Assembly (NCBI GenBank): GCA_038874135.1
Contig: JAVZCZ010000001.1
Location: 160,001-224,000, forward strand
Direction of reading: 5' to 3'
Length of the DNA: 64,000 bases
From: Candidatus Woesearchaeota archaeon
GTDB taxonomy: Archaea; Nanobdellota; Nanobdellia; Woesearchaeales; 0-14-0-80-44-23
The position numbers were made by a program, and so were the translations under genes. Under the pieces are notes generated by a model that worked only from the letters and a program-made list of their open reading frames with translations, had not been told where the DNA came from and made no database searches. Below are positions 59,057 through 64,000 of this stretch, one piece after another. Position 1 is the stretch's first letter. Each line of letters begins with the position of its first letter.

Positions 59057-60295
59057 AACTTTAATTATTCCGCATCTTTTTTCAATAATTTTTAGATAAT
59101 CTTTTTGTAACTCTATTCCAATAGATTTTCTATTAAGTTCTTTTGCTACTTTTAAAGTCGTTCCGCTTCCTACAAAAGGGTCTAAAACAACCCCTTCTTT
59201 TGGACAGCAAGCCATTATAGCCCTTCTTGGTAATTCTTCAGGGAATATTGCAAAATGAGAATCCTGCAATTTCCCTGTCGGGAAATCCCAAACATCGCCA
59301 GGGTTTTTTCCTAATTCATGAGGCTTAACAGTTTGTAAAACATAATGTTCTTCCGTCATAATTTTATCATATTTGTCTTCTTTAATACCCAAAATTTCTT
59401 TTAGTTTAAACCAATCTTCTGGTTTAGGCAAACATCTACCCCCCCTATCAATTCTAAACCAGTGTCCAGCAGTATCTTTATAACCAAATATTTTATCGAT
59501 TTCTTTAGTAGAAATTCCTTTTCTCTTTCTGTATTCTCTGATGAATTTTATTATTTCAAGCTCTAAATTACTATCTATTTTATTTTTTCTTTGGCGAGAA
59601 TAAAACTCTCCAAATACAGACAATCTTGCACCAGGAGACGCCCCAAGATTTATTTTATTCGTGTTCTTAAATTTACCATTATAACCCTTGCCATTATTAT
59701 TTTTATTTTTCCATTTCTCATATTCTTCAATAGATAATGTTAATGGCAATTGTGTTGTAGTTACATTAATAGTACCACCATTAGTTTTGTGCGGTATCCT
59801 AACAGAATCTAAATCAAAATAATATTCTGGTGTCAAATAACCATCTGGTTTTTTTACAAATAAAAATATAGGTTCATAAACATTAGAGAATCTATCCTTT
59901 ATTGATGATGGCATAGCGTTTGTTTTGCGCCATATTAAAACATTTCTTATAGCCCACCCTCTTTTTTGCATTTCTATCGCTAATCTAAATGGTATCATTT
60001 GTAAATTTTTTCCAACATATTTATCTCCTATATTCAAAAAATAAGCTCCATCATCAGTTAAAACTCTTTTTAATTCATCAGCAACTTCCAACATTTTATT
60101 GATATATTCTTCTGGTGTTTTTTCATTACCTATTTGTCCATCTATTCCATAATCCCTTTGTCTCCAATATGGCGGTGAAGTTACAATAACATTAACTGAT
60201 TTATCAGGAATATCCTTTAACCTACTTATAACATCACCTACTAAAATAAGTGGTGTAGTATCTTTCGGCAGTGTTATCAAATTACTTTTGTCCAT
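59051..60295 (-). CDS. beta-class N4-cytosine DNA methyltransferase with internal HTH-like insertion
   Basis: 'TSPPYW', 'LNIGD', 'HFAIFP', 'LDPFVGSGTT'. Confidence 0.9.
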   Translation of the reverse strand: MDKSNLITLPKDTTPLILVGDVISRLKDIPDKSVNVIVTSPPYWRQRDYGIDGQIGNEKTPEEYINKMLEVADELKRVLTDDGAYFLNIGDKYVGKNLQMIPFRLAIEMQKRGWAIRNVLIWRKTNAMPSSIKDRFSNVYEPIFLFVKKPDGYLTPEYYFDLDSVRIPHKTNGGTINVTTTQLPLTLSIEEYEKWKNKNNNGKGYNGKFKNTNKINLGASPGARLSVFGEFYSRQRKNKIDSNLELEIIKFIREYRKRKGISTKEIDKIFGYKDTAGHWFRIDRGGRCLPKPEDWFKLKEILGIKEDKYDKIMTEEHYVLQTVKPHELGKNPGDVWDFPTGKLQDSHFAIFPEELPRRAIMACCPKEGVVLDPFVGSGTTLKVAKELNRKSIGIELQKDYLKIIEKRCGIIKVL

Positions 60296-60437
60296 AATTA
60301 ATCCCTTTTTTATTGAACTCTTCTTTAATAAAATTTTCAAATTGTTTAGACACAATAAGCCCCTTTTCTTTACAAAACTTTCTGTATTCTTCATAAACTT
60401 TAGAATCGATCTTTAATGTAACATTCTTACTTGGCAT
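60282..60437 (-). CDS. ribbon-helix-helix small regulator upstream of the methyltransferase
   Basis: MPSKNVTLKIDSKVYEEYRKFCKEKGLIVSKQFENFIKEE (beta strand plus two helices). Confidence 0.7.
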   Translation of the reverse strand: MPSKNVTLKIDSKVYEEYRKFCKEKGLIVSKQFENFIKEEFNKKGINYGQK

Positions 60438-60831
60438 TTTTTCAACTCCTTGTAATAGACATATTTGCACATATTTATAAATGTTTCTTAACTATACAGG
60501 TTTTTAATGAAACGGCGGCACTCCCTAAAGAAAAAACTATGGTGGCAAAAAATTTTCGGCGCCCTCGCGACTTTGAGTTTTTGGACTTTGCCCAACGTTG
60601 CACCAAAACTCAATCTTCATTTCATCCGGAGAAATGAACAGCGATTTAACGGTTCCGCCTTCGCTCTGCCGCTCGGTCCCACCCCAATTTTTCCTTCCGA
60701 AAAACTGCGTATAAGCACACATGTTAAGTCCAATAATTTTTTGAGCTCGGGCAGTGCTTCGCACATATAATCTGCTTCGTAGAAGTTTTATATTTTGGCG
60801 GTGCAAAAAGAAAGCTTAAAAATATCCTTAA

Positions 60832-61206
60832 AAACCAGATAAAATAATGACTGATGGTTTATGGGCTTATGAGAAGGCTTTCAAGAAAGCATTTTACAGC
60901 AGGTACAAAGTTGATAAAGTAGAATTGATAAGATGAGTTGGAATAAGAACAAGAGAAACAAACAATGTTATTGAAAAGACTTCATGGAACCCTTAAGGAC
61001 AGACTAAAACCCATGAGAGGATTAAAAGTGAGGAAACAGCACAAACATTTCTTGATGGTTGGTTTGTCTTCTATCACTTCTTAAGACCACATCAAAGTCT
61101 TAGTGGTAATACTCCCGCTAAAATCTCTGGAGTAAATATTGAAGTTGAAAATTGGAAATTTATGATACAGAAGGCAACTAAATTCCAAACTATTAATTCT
61201 GAATAA
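60832..61206 (+). pseudogene. IS6-like DDE transposase C-terminal remnant
   Basis: KPDKIMTDGLWAYEKAF...*...NNVIE/RLHGTLKDR..PMRGLK/...YHFLRPHQSLSGNTPA, with one stop and two frameshifts. Confidence 0.8.
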
Positions 61207-61305
61207 ATAAAGGTGATAAAAAAATGAAGATCTTAATGTTTAATTCATCAACAATAAGTTAACAGAACTCTGTTATGTGAGAAGAAGAGTAAATAAAGAA
61301 AAAAA

Positions 61306-61683
61306 TTATTTTTCAAACATCCTCTTTCCGAGCCCTTTTAGGTAGCACTTTATGAGTTCGTAGTGCTGTACGAGGTGTACTATGCCTAAGCCTGCTGCGA
61401 TGTAGCTAGAAATTGCGTGCGCGTCTCTTATCCACTGGCTTGCGAAGTATGCTGCGTTTCTTCCCCCCTGGTAACCAACGTGCGGGTAGAATATTCCGGT
61501 GCCGACTGCCACTCCTAAGGAGATGAGTAAGCTGAGGTCTACCAACATTTTTGAGTCCATAGGAGTCCATTTGCTGTGTGTTTCCCTCTCTAGTCTTCCT
61601 TCTAAATCATTTTGCATTGTTTTGCATACTTCTTCGCAGCCATCTTCTCTTACTTCTTTATTCTTCTTTGCCATAATGTTCAC
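61306..61683 (-). CDS. DUF4405-like membrane protein (His-bearing, cytochrome b-like)
   Basis: 'VDL......TGI', 'W...H', 'HLVQH'. Confidence 0.55.
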   Translation of the reverse strand: MNIMAKKNKEVREDGCEEVCKTMQNDLEGRLERETHSKWTPMDSKMLVDLSLLISLGVAVGTGIFYPHVGYQGGRNAAYFASQWIRDAHAISSYIAAGLGIVHLVQHYELIKCYLKGLGKRMFEK

Positions 61684-61960
61684 CTGCTTTTTTTCTTATA
61701 CCATATTCCTGCACTTGGCTTTTTGTGCCGTGCTCTTCCCTGTTTAAGCGTTCTTCTTTCAGTTTGAGTTCAAGACCGCCTAGTTGGTGCGTAAATTCGT
61801 ATTTTCCCCGTCTTGTTTCTTCAATTCTTACCCTTGCGTATTCTACGCAGTGCCCCTGGTAGGTTTTTTCTGTGTGGTAATTGTTGTAAGCGATTGTTCC
61901 TCCGGCAATGAGTCCCGCTGTTAGGATTCCTGCTATTGCATATTTCATTTTTGCGTTCAT
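61658..61960 (-). CDS. hypothetical protein with N-terminal signal/TM
   Basis: SD AGGTGA; hydrophobic N-terminus. Confidence 0.55.
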   Translation of the reverse strand: MNAKMKYAIAGILTAGLIAGGTIAYNNYHTEKTYQGHCVEYARVRIEETRRGKYEFTHQLGGLELKLKEERLNREEHGTKSQVQEYGIRKKAGEHYGKEE

Positions 61961-62070
61961 TTTTTCACCTGTCAGTTCTTATTTTATTTGCTGAGATAAG
62001 TTTCATATTATTGAAACTATACTTATAAGTTTTTGAAACTGTGGCTCCATTGTAAGAAAGTTTAAATAAT

Positions 62071-62658
62071 TTGATTAATCAGTATTTTAAAATGAAGGAT
62101 AATTTTAAAACTAGGGCCGTTGTCGCAGTTGCTGTTTTAGTTGCTTTCGCAATGTTTGTCCTATTTCTGTTGATGTATTATGATTTTCAGCACCAGCTGA
62201 ACAGCAGGCGCTTGACCCTTGATGAGTTGGAGAATATGAGTGCTGATGAGATTAAGCAGGCGATTATTGCTAATCGGCAGAATGAGAATCTTTTGCACGG
62301 CTATTATCTGATTCCTTTCACTGCGTTTATAGGGCTTCTTGTTGGCGCTGTTGTTTATTACCTTATGTCAGAAAGGATTTCCAAGCAAGAAAGAATTGTT
62401 GAGAGGGATGCGCGTATAATTCTTAAATTTTTGAACAGTAATCAGCGAAGAGTAGTTGAAACATTGCTTGAGAGCGGCGGCAGTGTTAGGCAGTATGAGC
62501 TTTCTCACCTTCCGGGGCTTAATAAGGTTAGGACGCACAGAATCGTTAGAGAGCTGGCTGAAAAGGGAATCATCTCAGTTGAAAGGCTGGGTAAGATTAA
62601 CAGGATAACACTGAATAAGGAACTTTTTGAGATTCTTAAGGAAAAGAAGGATGTATAA
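62071..62658 (+). CDS. membrane-anchored winged-HTH regulator
   Basis: Two TMs, then 'LKFL...QRRVV..L....G...Q......L.KVR..R....L..KG.I..E..G..N.I.L'. Confidence 0.75.
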   Translation: MINQYFKMKDNFKTRAVVAVAVLVAFAMFVLFLLMYYDFQHQLNSRRLTLDELENMSADEIKQAIIANRQNENLLHGYYLIPFTAFIGLLVGAVVYYLMSERISKQERIVERDARIILKFLNSNQRRVVETLLESGGSVRQYELSHLPGLNKVRTHRIVRELAEKGIISVERLGKINRITLNKELFEILKEKKDV

Positions 62659-62721
62659 ATTATTTTATCCTTTAGAAAAACAAAAACCTTTTTATACCGC
62701 TCCTAAATAACTTAAAATTAG

Positions 62722-62797
62722 GGGCTCGTGGTTTAGTGGCTATAACGCTGCCCTTACACGGCAGACGTCGCCGGTTCGAATCCGGCCGGGCCCACCA
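62722..62797 (+). tRNA. tRNA-Val(TAC), CCA encoded
   Basis: Anticodon arm CTGCC-CTTACAC-GGCAG, T-loop GGTTCGAATCC, ends ACCA. Confidence 0.95.
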
Positions 62798-62798
62798 T

Positions 62799-62869
62799 GC
62801 GGCAATAGTCTAGAGGTAGGACATGTCCCTGCCACGGACATAACCCGGGTTCAAATCCCGGTTGCCGCA
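62799..62869 (+). tRNA. tRNA-Gly(GCC)
   Basis: Acceptor GCGGCAA/TTGCCGC, anticodon arm TGTCC-CTGCCAC-GGACA. Confidence 0.95.
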
Positions 62870-62919
62870 TTTTCTTAAAATACAAAAGTTTAAAAGTAGG
62901 AAAGCAGACTGCGTTCTGT

Positions 62920-63753
62920 ATGGAAGAGGATAGGATTCTTCAGCTTCTTACAAGTGAGGATAGTATAAGCTGGCGGGGAATAATACTGAATCTCGTTAAG
63001 AGCGAGAATATGAATCCTTGGGATATTGATGTTTCCAAGATTACTGAGAGGTATTTGGAAACTATAAAGAGGCTTCAAGAGTTGAATTTTAGGGTTTCTG
63101 GCAAGGTTGTGCTAGCTGCCGCCCTCTTAGTGAGAATGAAATCTTCATATCTTCTGGGAAGAGACATTGTAGAGTTGGATGAGATTTTTGCCAGTGCTTC
63201 AAGCTCCGAAGATGAGAGCGCGGTTCAGGACGAGTTTTATGAAGGTCTTGAAGGTATGTATTCTGGAGCTGGAAGGGAGGAGAGCATTCCCGAGCTTCCT
63301 CCGAGAATGCCACAGCCGAGGCAGAGAAAGATTTCAATGTACGAGCTGATAAGCGCTCTTCAAAAGGCTTTGGAAGTTAGAGAGAGACGAATTCTTAGGA
63401 AAATTCCTCCAGACATAAAAGTTCCTGAGAAGAAGGTGGATATTTCTGTCATGATAGAGAGGGTGTATTCTAAGATAAGGGATTTTCTGCTGGGAAGAAA
63501 TGCAAAGAGGGTGAAGTTTTCAGAGATAGTTCCCTCAAATAAGAAGCAGGACAAGATTGATACTTTTGTGCCCTTACTACATTTGGCATATCAGCAGAAG
63601 GTGTTGCTGGAGCAGGAGAAAACATTTGGCGAGATTGAGATAATGCTTTACGACGCTGCTGCAAGAAAGATTGCTGAGGAGCAGCTTCAGGCAGTGCTGA
63701 GCGAGCAGGATTCAAAGAACAAGCCTTCTGCAAGGAAAGGAAAACGCTCCTAA
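62920..63753 (+). CDS. scpA: segregation and condensation protein A (kleisin)
   Basis: 'MNPWDIDV', 'SGKVVLAAALL..MKS', 'F.PLLHL', 'Q...FGEI'. Confidence 0.9.
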   Translation: MEEDRILQLLTSEDSISWRGIILNLVKSENMNPWDIDVSKITERYLETIKRLQELNFRVSGKVVLAAALLVRMKSSYLLGRDIVELDEIFASASSSEDESAVQDEFYEGLEGMYSGAGREESIPELPPRMPQPRQRKISMYELISALQKALEVRERRILRKIPPDIKVPEKKVDISVMIERVYSKIRDFLLGRNAKRVKFSEIVPSNKKQDKIDTFVPLLHLAYQQKVLLEQEKTFGEIEIMLYDAAARKIAEEQLQAVLSEQDSKNKPSARKGKRS

Positions 63754-63795
63754 ATCAAAAATTTTAAAAAGCCCTCCTCAATTCTCAATTTGGAA

Positions 63796-63870
63796 GCCCC
63801 GGTAGTGTAGTCCGGTCAATCATCCGGCCCTTTCGAGGCTGGGACACGGGTTCAAATCCCGTCCGGGGCA
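63796..63870 (+). tRNA. tRNA-Glu(TTC)
   Basis: Acceptor GCCCCGG/CCGGGGC, anticodon loop CTTTCGA, T-loop GGTTCAAATCC. Confidence 0.95.
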
Positions 63871-63894
63871 CTAAAATTTTTCGGAGGTTTTTTG

Positions 63895-63999
63895 ATGAAG
63901 AGGAACTCAAGAAGGTGGAAGAAGAAGAGGCAGATGCGCTGGAAGTGGCAGCGTAAGAGGATGAAGAAGGAAAAGAGGAAGAGGAAGCTTAAGGTATAA
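63895..63999 (+). CDS. rpl41e: ribosomal protein L41e (eS32)-like basic peptide
   Basis: MKRNSRRWKKKRQMRWKWQRKRMKKEKRKRKLKV*, SD GGAGG; resembles the archaeal L41e 'MRWKW.KKR' motif. Confidence 0.8.
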   Translation: MKRNSRRWKKKRQMRWKWQRKRMKKEKRKRKLKV

Positions 64000-64000
64000 A

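Larger units (their letters stand above)
57190..61268. mobile_element. decayed integrase / R-M / IS6-like composite element
   Basis: AT-rich cargo bounded by inverted GTTCTGTTAA (57190-57199) and TTAACAGAAC (61259-61268); contains integrase and transposase pseudogenes. Confidence 0.6.

Noticed and set aside
60431-60806. Three overlapping short ORFs
   Set aside because: They overlie hairpin-rich noncoding DNA better explained as recombination or structured sites
1-64000. CRISPR array, cas genes, rRNA, SRP or RNase P RNA
   Set aside because: No regularly spaced direct repeats or recognisable conserved motifs seen by eye

Overview
Archaeal chromosome segment, most likely from a DPANN/Nanobdellota (Woesearchaeota-like) organism. 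The taxonomy is an inference from Alba, TFE, Rpo11, aIF6, thermosome, Cbf5, Taw1, the ribosomal proteins eS17/eS19/eL15/eL31/eL33(L35ae)/eL39/eL41, BRE-TATA promoters and GGAGGTGA Shine-Dalgarno sites. The window holds housekeeping translation and tRNA-modification genes, five intronless tRNAs, a glycolysis cluster (pgi/pmi, gpmA, eno) and a dNTP-supply cluster (tmk, nrdR with tandem NrdR boxes, class II nrdJ, cobalamin adenosyltransferase, a kinase/dCMP-deaminase fusion, and thyX nearby). xerA has a symmetric 28-bp dif-like site in its own promoter and sits between two long AT-rich noncoding tracts. Accessory DNA includes a type III R-M island, an intact GGDEF diguanylate cyclase (very unusual for an archaeon), and a ~4.1 kb decayed element at 57190-61268. 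That element contains a dead Xer-type integrase, repeated GTT-N5-YAAT junction motifs with hairpin-rich DNA flanking a type II R-M module, and an IS6-like transposase remnant; it looks like an integron-like cassette system run by a non-IntI integrase. Sharp local strand-composition flips occur at about 5.8-9.7 kb and 42.7 kb. No CRISPR array or rRNA was seen.
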